Shown: positions 12,001 to 22,757 of the stretch, one piece after another
Position numbering within the stretch: the first letter of the stretch is position 1
Layout of the letters: the number at the start of each line of letters is the position of its first letter
Source: Reclinomonas americana ATCC 50394
Lineage: Eukaryota
Length of the DNA: 36,632 bases
Reading direction: 5' to 3'
Assembly (NCBI GenBank): GCA_048213135.1
Contig: PS015151.1
Span: forward strand, 1,810-38,441
Translations under genes and position numbers: made by a program
The notes under the pieces: generated by a model
Told to the model about the DNA's origin: nothing
Database searches by the model: none
What the model saw: the letters and a program-made list of their open reading frames with translations, nothing else

Positions 12001-15000
12001 TTTGGATTCATGTTGCGCTGTATTATTGAGTGATTTTCTCTGTCGCGCGCCGGCTGACCCCTTGCATCCTTCCCGCCGCCGCAGTAACCGACTGCAGCAT
12101 CCAAGGCGAGGATTTTGCCGAAGACTGCCGCATCCCGGAGCATGACAGCCAGTACTACAGCCACCCGGCTCGATTGAGCATTCCACGCAACCGGCGCGAG
12201 ATGCCCGAGCTCCCGCCAGAATTGCGCACGTCCTTCCTCGTCGCCGAGTATGTGACGGTGGCCACCACACGGCAGGCGCGCATTGTGCCGCGGTTTCACA
12301 TCTATGGCTGCATTTGCATGCTGCGCATCTTTCCGCTGTCGAGCGGCGGCACCACCTCCGTCGGCCTGGCACTCATTGACATGACCGAGCAGTTCAACAC
12401 GCGCCAGGAGCTGACGTGCGTGGGGAGAGGATGGGAAGCAGGGAGAAGTAATCCCTCGCCTGAGTGCTCATCTGCGTTCGCGGCAGGTTGCACCGACGCG
12501 CCATGGAAAGCACCAAGGAGGGCCTGCTCATCATCAAGCGCGTGGAGCTGGTGCAGCAGTGCGTGGTGCAATTTGTCAACTCGGCATTCTTGCGCATGTT
12601 TCCCGAGGACCTGAATGCCGCCGCGGCTGGCGGTGATTCCAGCGTGTCGAGGTGCGTGTGTGTGCGCGCGCTTGCGTCCTCCTTCCGTCTGTGCTTTCAT
12701 TCTCACGCTGCGTCGACCGCCGTAGTTCCCGATCATCGTCCGAGATGGCCGATTTGTACATTCCACTGAATGAGTTTTTCTCCGATCGCCACGTCCCCGA
12801 CACGGCCAGCAGCCTTCTACAACAATACTTGCTCCAGGGGTCCACGTCGACGGCCTCCTTTGAGTGTGACAACGGGGGAAGCGTGACGCGATGGAGCATT
12901 GTGTGCATGAGGTGTGTGCGTTGTGGGACTTTTGGTTGAGAATGCTGGTATCACAACTGAGCTGCTCTGTTCTGTTGTCGCAGGTGGGAGTCGGGCTCCG
13001 ACTCGTCCTACGTACTAACGGCGACCGATGTGACTGCCGAGAAGCAGTACGAGGCCAATTTGCGGGCTTCAAAAGAAGCGGCGGAGGCTGGATCGCAAGC
13101 CAAGGGCGAGTTCCTCTCCAACATGAGTCACGAGCTGAGGTTGGTCCTCGCGCGCGTGTGTGTGTGCCTCTTTATCTCGATCATCGCCGACTGTGCATCT
13201 CATCACGTGCCACAGGACGCCGTTGAACTCGGTGATTGGCATGTGCAGTGTCATCATGGAGACGCCACTCGACGAGATGCAGCGCGATTGTGTGGCCACC
13301 ATCCAGCTGGCCGGAAAGGCACTGCTTGACCTCATTCAGGACGTTCTCGACCTCAGCAAGGTGGAAAGCGGGAAGTTGGTGCTGGAGAGGAGACCATTTT
13401 CACTCATCAGCTGTGTGGAGAGTGCGGTGGAGATTGGTAAGTAGTATTGCAGCACTGCTGTTTCTCCTTATGCCCGTGTCTAATATATTCTGCTGGCAAG
13501 TGTACACGGCGGCGTCGGACAAGGGTCTCGAGTTGGCGAGTGTGTGCTCCACCACCATCGACGAAGTGGTGAGCGATGAAGCGAGACTGCGGCAGATCAT
13601 TCTCAACCTCCTGTCCAACGCCGTCAAATTCACCGAAGTCGGTACGTGTGTGTGTGTGTGTTTGTGGTCTTTCTTGTCATGGCCGCCCGTGCTTACGTCG
13701 AGGCGGGGGCGCAGGAAACGTGGTGCTGCGAGTGTCGTCACTCGATGCGGCAGCCTACGCCGAGAATATGGAGCGATACACGCGATGGCAGCCGGGTATC
13801 GTCCTCAGCGCGAGCGAAGTGCCACCAGTTGAGTTGTCATCGAGCGACTAAAGGTCGGCGCAATTGGACCCACTCACCCCTTCACTTTGGCTTGCAGTTT
13901 GACGACGATCTGGCCGCAGTACTGGTGTCGGTGAGCGACACCGGCATTGGTATGCCAGAGACGGCCAAGAGCCACATTTTCCAGCAATTCGTACAGCTCG
14001 ACGCCTCTGTCACTCGTCGTTTCGGTGGCACCGGTCTCGGTGAGTCTATTTAGTGCAGGGCGTACGGCAGCAAAGAATGGATATTCATTATCCTGTGACA
14101 GGTCTGGTGATTTCGAAAGAGATTGTGCGACGCCTCGGTGGCGTCATTTGGTTCGAGTCCATTGAGGGTGTCGGCACCACATTCTTCTTCACGTGTCAGC
14201 TCGGCAGACTACCTGGTGGGTGGTGGCCACCACACCGATCCCAGCCAGTAGCTGCGCATTCTGCTCACCGATTTGCCCCCGCACATGCAGAGGCGAGTCA
14301 GGAGGCCGGCGTTGTTGAGGCGTCGCAGAGTCGGCGATCGGTGATGGAGGCATGCCGACGGTACGCAGGTCAAGAGGTGGTGATCGTGACACCGCGTGCG
14401 GCAGTGGAAGAGTCGATACAACAGCACGTGCGTTCGGTTGGCTGCCGTCCGCGCATCATGCGCGCCCAGGAGGAAGTGTTTGAGCTGCTTCGCGAGTGGT
14501 CGTCTGCAGAGCCACCATTCTCGGTACGTGTTATTTCTTGTGTCCTCCCTTGCTCACCTCACTTGCCGACCGTGTTCTTTCGACAGACGCCGCGGGTGGT
14601 GGTGCTGGATACACGATTACCGTGGGTGATGGAGTGGACAAACGAATGCCTCAACGCTCTGTTGCGTGTTGTGGTGTGCGCTACGTCTTGCAGTTCTCTC
14701 CTCATTCGTCCTTTGCCACACAGAGAGCGACTGCAGGCAGGTCCATTACAGTTGCCACCACTAATATTATTCGGGCAGCGCAGTCAGCGGCCAGCAGGTG
14801 TGTGGCTCGGGGAATTTCTCGTGTGCTTCTCACTGACGGTTGATGATGATGACGATGAACAGGACTGTCGTTGCACGTGTCGTGCATGTCGCTCCCGGTA
14901 CAACGACTGCCATTTTGCAGGGATCTGTCGGAGCGATTCGCCGTGTTCCAACAGCGTCTGCTGTCGCCGACTCACGCGCCGGTCGCCGGTCCATTGACCG

Positions 15001-15789
15001 CGACTGCGGAGTGTGACAGCAGTGACACACATCATGCGGAGGGCTCGAGCAATGCGTTGAATGTGCTGGTGGTGGAGGACAACCGCTTGAATCAAGTTGC
15101 GTGAGGCACCGCCTGCTCACGTGAGGAACTGTCACGAATGCTCACTCGGGAGGTGCGTGTGTGTGCGTGTGCACGCGTGCAGAAAGTCATCATGCGACTG
15201 CTTGAGGTTTGTGGTGATCTGTGTTGTTCGGAGCGAGTATCCTCACTGACGCCGCCGATCCGTCCGCCGCAGCAACTCGGCCACCGCGTTGTTGTCGAGG
15301 AGAACGGGCGCTGCGCGCTCAACCGACTGGCGGAGGAACCCACACGCTTCCATTGCGTGTTGATGGATTTGGTTTCGTTCTCCCCTTCCCCTTCCTCACA
15401 AACAAAGTCCTCTCTGCCTGACGCGAGCGTGCGGGATGATTGCAGAACATGGCCGAAATGGACGGTCTGACGGCCACAGCGAAACTTCGTGCGGTGTGTG
15501 TGGTGTGGTGGGTGCACGATATTGCTGCGATACAGGTGGCTCACTGTGCTATCAGGATCCGCGCTTCACGGACCTATTCATTGCCTGCGTGACAGCGGAC
15601 GCTCGCCCGGAGACGCGCGGACACTGCATGAGTGTGGGCATGAATGATTTCCTCGTCAAGCCCATCCACAAGCCAAAGCTGGTGGCCACCTTGGACCTGT
15701 GCCAGCAGCACCTCCGCCAGCAACGGCGACTCTCCGCCACAATGCCGACGCCGACGACGCCGACGATGACACTGGCAAGCGCACCATGA
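9017..15789 (+). CDS. Soluble hybrid sensor histidine kinase HK1 (~5 PAS/PAC-like modules, HisKA, HATPase_c, degenerate receiver, receiver); 32 exons, ~1409 aa
   Basis: H-box [19 protein letters not shown]-box [18 protein letters not shown]1 [10 protein letters not shown]2 [22 protein letters not shown], receiver VLVVEDN...VLMDLNMAEMDG...VTADA...FLVKP. All 31 introns can be placed with consistent phase (e.g. exons 9017-9195, 9312-9348, 9457-9492, 9575-9670, 9739-9792, 9869-9874 ... 15556-15789), and most positions match the paralog. Confidence 0.93.
11416..11681 (+). repeat. Intron expanded by a CT-rich low-complexity tract
   Basis: 266-nt intron dominated by (CT)n/CCCTCT repeats; the homologous HK2 intron (18765-18833) is 69 nt. 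Confidence 0.8.
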
Positions 15790-16166
15790 TAAAACGCGAC
15801 TCGTGTGCTTCTCAGTGCTCATCATCGCGGACACTCGCCATTGGCGGAGTTGCGGCGGGTACGGTGTTCGGAAATGTGTGGTGGTTGTTATTGGAGACCG
15901 AGGTGAGTCCGAACAGGCAGCCTGGAGGGCTGCGCGAGTTGTACCCGGCGTGCGCAACGGTTGTTGTATCTCTGGCGGTCGAGTGTGTGAGGAGCAAGGG
16001 TACCGGTTCAAGAAGGCCTTTTGCATGCGATCGACGCAAAGGGAGTAGCTGCGCGCTTGATTGCCAAGTGCAGGCCACCAACCGTAACACCGAAGCAAGT
16101 AAAACCAGTCGGAGCTTTGCAGACGAGGCAAGCAAGCCGCGGAAGTCGCGAATATGCGGCGATTCT

Positions 16167-16184
16167 CCAATTGGCAGCCAATCA
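16167..16184 (+). promoter_or_regulatory. Putative CCAAT boxes upstream of HK2
   Basis: CCAATTGGCAGCCAATCA about 120 nt upstream of the ATG at 16300; AGCCAATCA matches the NF-Y consensus. Motif match only. Confidence 0.3.
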
Positions 16185-16299
16185 CTTTTGTATTTTGTTG
16201 TTAATTGGAGCAGGCACACGTCAACGACGAGAGAGAGAGAGAGAGAGAGAGAGAAGAGTGCTGTGTGATCAGTGTGTGAGAGAGAGACACACGCCCAAC

Positions 16300-17771
16300 A
16301 TGCCGTTTGTGTACTTGGAGAAGATGCGACCTCCGACTCCTCCTCATCCGTCCGCCGACGATGAGGAGAGCGTCGCTGCTGCTGCCGAAGTCGATGATGA
16401 GGGAGGCAGTGGCGTGGGACGAGGACGCGCGTGCGGGGAGAGCTCGAGAGCAGGAGGAGAGGCGATGAGCGCAGGACACGCGAGAGAAGTGTCGCCGTTG
16501 TGGTCGCGTTACAGCGTGGTTCCCGGAGGCGAGGACATTGATTATGAGTTCCTCGAGAGGTGCGCGCGTGTGTGTGTGTGTGAAAGAGAGAGAGTGTGTG
16601 TGTGTGAATGCGAGTGTGTGCGTGCCTGGTTTCCTTCCGCGAATGAGTGTCCATCTTTGGCGAGTAGGCGATTTTCTTCTCACCCGACAGTACAGACTGG
16701 CCGCGCAAGTGCAGACTCCCTTTTGGGTGTTTGTTGCGTCGAGTGTGTGTGTGTGTGCAAGCCTCATCGAGAGAGCATAAAATGATCTTCGTTTTTCTCT
16801 GTTCATTTCAGGACTTGGATCACTATTGCATGCGCTTTGCGAACAAGGTGCGTCCTCTCTTCGCTCTCCCTTGGTGTGCGGTAAGCGCAACACTGAAACA
16901 TGTATATCTGTGCGCACTATAATAACAGAGCGCACTGGAGTTGTGGAATTCCCCGTCGTTGAGTGAGATGTTTAGTCGCTCGTTCAAGGATATGAGCGCC
17001 GAATCCAGCATGTTTTTGCGAAAGGTGTGCCGAGAGTTGTTTTTCTCGCACCCATGTCCTCGCTCACTCACCCTTTGCCTGTGCACCAGCTGCGAGAGCA
17101 GTGGCATTCACAGATCCCGGTTGTGGTGAATTTCACGTATAACGTTGCGTATTTGCTGTATTGCCTCAATTGCCGTTTTGGAGGTTACTAATTGTCGCAC
17201 AGCCCAAGGCAAGCGCCCTTTTGTCGAATGGAGTTTTGCCATCTGTTTCTGTTGGTTAACTGGTGAGCGCAGGGCAAGGCGGTGCGGACGCGATCTCTGT
17301 TGTCGCCGTATGTATCACTGTCGGGCCGGACGCTGCTCTTCAACGAGGCCACGCCACTGCCGGAAGCCTTGCGCAACGAGCGCAACATGCGATTGTGGAC
17401 CGATGGTGCGCCTGGTTTCTTCATTGTGACCCTCCGGCCACCGACCGTGGCTCATCACCAACCTCCTCCTCCTCCGCAGTGATTCGACGCACGTCGAGCT
17501 ACGTCTCCGTGTATGCCGAGGACGGCAGCGTGGTATTCCACAACGCAGCCGCCATCGAGGCATACAATGTGATCGGTGCCGAGAATTTGGTCGAGGTTCG
17601 CGATGCGGCCGACAATGACCTGTTCGAGTGCCGCAATCGCGCGACCCCGACGGGCGGCGCGGAGGCCGTTGCGTGTCCGTGCGCTGTGTGCTCGCCGCAC
17701 AGTGATTTCTGGCAGCTTCAGTTTTTGCCGCACCTCGACGATCGCCGTGCCGTGCAGATGCTTGTCAAATC

Positions 17772-17810
<39 letters not shown>

Positions 17811-20800
17811 TTCCAAGCGTGCTACTCTTGTCACAGCTGGCTCACTCGATACCGCCGTCAGGTGTTTGTGGACGGCGAGTCGTACTCGGCGCCGCAGCTG
17901 CGCGCCACGATGCCCAACGGCCGACGGTCTGTCTGTCTTCACGAGTGTCTCTCTTCTCTACATGGGCCCCGTCTCAGCTGTTCTTCTTCTGCCGTCGGCG
18001 CAGATATCACCGTGTGTTTGCCCGGCGGCTGCTGCAGCAAGAAAAAGGATCGCGCTTCTTCCTTGTCGAAGAGCAAGATGTCACGGACGTAGTGGAGCAG
18101 TCCGTGGCGATGCACACGTTGACGAGTGCACTCAGTCTGGTGAAGCAACCCCTCGCTGTGGTGAAGATTCCGCGATGTGCCTTGGAAGAGTACGAAGCGG
18201 TATGCAAGGGGGAGAAAGCGGATTGATGCTCACTCTTGATGCTCACTCTCGGACCGTGCAGTCATTCGATCTCAGCGCACTTCATCTCGGCTTCAAGGTG
18301 CAGTTTGCCAACACAGCCTTTTGTCACGAGTGTGGCGAGACGAATGGAGCGGTCGTGGGCAGTGGCCTCTCGTCGCTGGTGGCGGTGGTGGACGCCGATG
18401 CCGTGGTGTTGACTACCACAAGATCCATTCGCACGGGGCACGATGTTGCGTAATAGAGAAGATGCAGCATTTGTTGACTCGAGGATCTTCTGATGGCGAT
18501 GCTGGCGCAGTCTTCGCTGGAGGCTCGAATTAACACTGGCAACGGGCAGACCAAGTGGTGCCTGTTGCAGTTCAAGCCAGTACCGCAAGACCACGTGCGT
18601 CTGCCTCATTCCCCAAACGCATTGTGCGTGATTCCACTCACGGTTCTTCTGCCGCAGGCTCTCTGCTATGATGGTGCGGCCGACAGCGTGATTGTGGAAC
18701 TCACGGACCTTAGTGAGCGCAAGGCTGCTGCGCGCACCATTACCGTGTACCAGGACATCTTTGAGTTGCGCCTTGCTCATGCGGCGCCTCCCTCGGTCGG
18801 TCGCGTCCTTGTCTCACGCTTGCATGCACACAGCAACATTGAGGTTGGCGTGATTGTCTTCAACACAGAGTCTCTGTCGCAGCTGGACCTGGCCGGTGAC
18901 GATCAGTCCGAGACGTGCCAAGTCAGTCTTCCCGTGGAGGTGGCCAACCATGCATTCCGCAACTGGTTCCAGTGGCACGGTCGACGGTGTAGTGCGCGTC
19001 AATCGGGTTGCGTCAACCACGGCGAAGACTTCCGAAAAAGACAATCTTCACTCACGCGTACACTTGGCAGTCACGGAGGATGCGCTGGACGGTGTCGACG
19101 GCGACGACGACGATTCAATTGACAGCGATGTCGATTTTGACATTGGCGACAGCATCAGCATGCATTCGGAGGGCAGCCGCAGTCGATATTCACATCGGAT
19201 GTCCAGCCGTGCGCTGCTCAAACCGGCTGCCGAGTTGAGCAATCTGCCAGCGGCGCTAAAGACGCGATACCTGCTCAACGAGTACCGGCTGGTGGCGACC
19301 ACGCGATCGGCTCGCATCGTTCCACGATTCCAGCTCCTCGACTGCATTTGCATGCTGCGCATTTTCCCACTCTCCAGTGGCGGCGCCACTTCGGTCGGCA
19401 TTGCCGTCATCGACATGACCGAGCAGCTGAATGCTCAGCGTGAACTCACGTTGCGTGCGTGTGCTTCTCTCAGTCGTGCACCTTGACAGCATGGTGTTGC
19501 TCACGGCTGTTAATTCGTGTGTACAACTCGCAGACTGCACCAGAGGGCCATGGAGAGCACCAAGGAGGGTCTGCTGGTTGTGCGCAAGCTGATGCCGTCG
19601 CACCAGTGTGTGGTGCAGTTTGTGAATTCCGCGTTCCTTCGCATGTTCGCCGACGATGCGGATGTGTCCGGCCTGAGGTACACGTAGCTGCTCTCTCTTT
19701 CTCTCTGTTTCCTGTGTCTTCAGGCAGCCTCATCGTTGGCAACTGCAGTTCGCGTTCCGTATCGGGTAACAACTTTGACTTGTGCTTGTCGGTGACCGAG
19801 TTTTTCCGAGATCGCGGTGTGCCGGGCCATGTTATCGCTCGGCTACAGCAATACTTCCACCAGAGCGACACTGCACCAGACTCGTTTGCGTGCGAAACCG
19901 GCGACCTCGCCACGCACTGGAATGTGGTCTCCATGCGGTTGAGTCTCGTGTTGAGGGTGGGCGGAGTCCATCTACGCGAAAAAACTCACATCGCACGGTC
20001 GTCTCCCTCTTTTTGCAGGCTTCAAGCTGGCGACGACCCGTCGTTTGTGCTGACGGTGACCGATGTTACGGCTGAGAAGCAATACGAAGCCGACTTGCGA
20101 GCTGCCAAGGAGGCTGCCGAGGCCGGGTCGCAGGCCAAGAGCGAGTTCCTCTCGAACATGAGCCACGAGCTGAGGTTTGTTCTCATGCCGATTGATCATC
20201 GCCCTCGTGTGCTGTTGAGTTCATCTGCCCTCTGTCGCTGCCGCGCCCTGCAGGACGCCACTGAATTCGGTGATCGGCATGTGCTCCGTTATCATGGGCA
20301 CGCATTTGGACGAAATGCAGCGCGATTGTGTGGCCACCATCCAGTTGGCCGGCAAGGCACTGCTTGACCTCATTCAGGACGTGCTCGACCTCAGCAAAGT
20401 GGAAAGCGGGAAGTTGGTGCTGGAGAAGAGACCATTCTCGCTCCTGAGCTGTGTGGAGAGTGCTGTGGAGATTGGTGAGCTTTGTTTGCATTCGTGCTGC
20501 GAAAGCGACCGAAAAGAACTCATGTGTCGGCTTGCAGTGTACACGGCGGCCATGGAGAAGGAGTTGGAGTTGGCCAGCGTGTATACGGCAGGCGACGATC
20601 ATGTGATCAGCGACGAACCGCGCTTGCGGCAAGTCATTCTCAATCTGCTGTCGAATGCCGTCAAGTTTACACAGTCTGGTAGGGCAAGGCCACCATCGCG
20701 TGCACCAATCCAAGTATCTTATGCTCACTGTGGCCGGCACAGGGCATGTGGTGCTGCGTGTGAAGGAGTTGAATGCCGCCTCGTACGTCGAGGTGATGGA

Positions 20801-22682
20801 TCAGTATCGCCAGTGGCGACCGGATGTTGCCGATGAGGAGATTCCTGCGGTTGCGTCGGGGATGAGTCTGTTGTTTTCCCCCCTCTTCTCATCTTCTCAT
20901 GCGAGTCGGCAAATCGCACAGTTTGACCCCGAGGCGGCTGTTATCCTGTTTTCAGTGACAGACACGGGTATCGGAATGCCCAAGTCGGCCAAGGACATTA
21001 TCTTCCGTTCGTTTGTGCAGCTCGATGCGTCTGTCACACGTCGCTTTGGTGGCACCGGTCTTGGTGAGTCGCACACATAGTGGCAGAGAGGGTTGTGATA
21101 CAAACGATGCTGACAATGGTTGTAGGCCTGGTGATTTCGAAAGAGTTTGTGCGTCGACTCGGCGGTGTGATTTGGTTCGAGTCCGTCGAAGGTGCAGGCA
21201 CCACGTTCTTGTTCACATGTCAGCTCAGTCGAGTGTCACAGGAAGATGGTGCGCGCATCATCTGCTTTGCTGTGTCTCTGTTGCGCATGAAAAGCTGATT
21301 GCTGTTGGGAGCAGGCAACTCCAGCATAGGCAGCAGCATGGTGCTTGATGTTGGCGACGCTCGTCACGCTCGCATTCTGAGACAGGCGCGCAGCATATGT
21401 CGACTGCACTCCGTCACTATCGTGTCGGAGGGGCAAGTGCTAACGGAGAGTGTTCGAGCGCACGTACTGGCCGCTGGCGCCAGGTGTGATGTTGTCACCA
21501 ACGCAGACGACGCGCGTGTTTGCATGACGCAATGGGCGGCCACTGGTGGTCTGGTTAAGGTTTGTAGCGTGTGCGACTTTCTTTCATTGATTGTGGCTGA
21601 CGCTTCTGCTGAGACAGTCACAGCGTGTGTTTGTGCTCGATGTGAGGCTACGTGGCGCCGTGGAGCTTGTGCACCATTTGTTGAGCTTATCGTTGCGCCT
21701 TGTGGTCTCTCGCTTGCCCGTGTGTGGTGGTGTGTGGTACTCACACGCGCGCGTGCGCAGAGCGAGTCGATGCGGTGCGGTAACTACCGATCCGCCGCTG
21801 ATCTTGATCGGGCGGCGCAACTGGCGCCCTGAAGGTGCGCAGCGTGTATTTGGTGTCGACATCTCTGTCGATCTGCGTGCTGATTCCTGCGACAGGCCTT
21901 CCGCCCTCCATGTCGATCCTTTCTGTGCCCGTGCAACGAGTGATACTGCTGGAGCAGCTGACGCGTCGACTGGCCATTCAGCAACAGAGGCACGTGTCGG
22001 CGGACGAGCTGCCGACGGATCTGCTTGAAGCTGTCGACACGGAGGAGTCGTCGAAAGCGCTGAATGTGTTGGTGGTGGAGGACAACAAGTTGAATCAGAA
22101 AGTCATTGTGCGGATGTTGGAGGTGCGTCGTCGTTTGCGGATAATGTTGACTGTGCGTGTGTGTCTCACTGTGTTGGGCGTGCGCGCACAGCAACTTGGT
22201 CACTCGGCGGTGGTCGAAGAAAATGGTCGGCGCGCACTCGATCGGCTTCTGGCCGATGCGAGCCGCTTCCAGTGTGTGTTGATGGATCTTGTTGCGTCGC
22301 ATACTCTACTGGTGGTGCTATTGGTCGCGCCGGCATTCCTCTCACCTCCGTCGTTTGCGTTGCAGAACATGGCCGAAATGGATGGCATCTCGGCCGTCAT
22401 TGAAATTCGCAAGGTCAGCATTTGTTTTTGCTTGCCGCTTGTCTCCAGCGTGCTCACCCAACCACGCAGGATCCACGCTTATGCAACTTGTTTGTGGCCT
22501 GTGTGACGGCCGATGCACGACCCGAAACACGCGACCAGTGCTTGAGTGTGGGCATGAGCGACTACCTCGTGAAACCGATTCACAAGCCAAAATTGGAGAC
22601 TGTGCTGCGGAACTGTGTGGAGACACTACGCTGCACGCAGCAAGTGGCTGCGCGCAGTCCGTCGACATACACGATACCATAG
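16300..22682 (+). CDS. Soluble hybrid sensor histidine kinase HK2, tandem paralog of HK1; 30 exons, ~1420 aa
   Basis: Same domain order and motifs (MRPPTPPH N-terminus, [58 protein letters not shown]...VLMDLNMAEMDG...YLVKP). All 29 introns are phase-consistent and at positions shared with HK1. Confidence 0.93.
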
Positions 22683-22757
22683 TGGGGAAATGAGAAAAAA
22701 CTTGAAAACATATATGTGTAAAAAAAGAGTCTGTTATTGTTCACTGCTGGCTAAATA

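Noticed and set aside
15699-16268. ORFs of 189-298 aa between and overlapping HK1 and HK2
   Set aside because: No recognisable domain; they overlap real genes and microsatellites, as expected by chance in GC-rich DNA.
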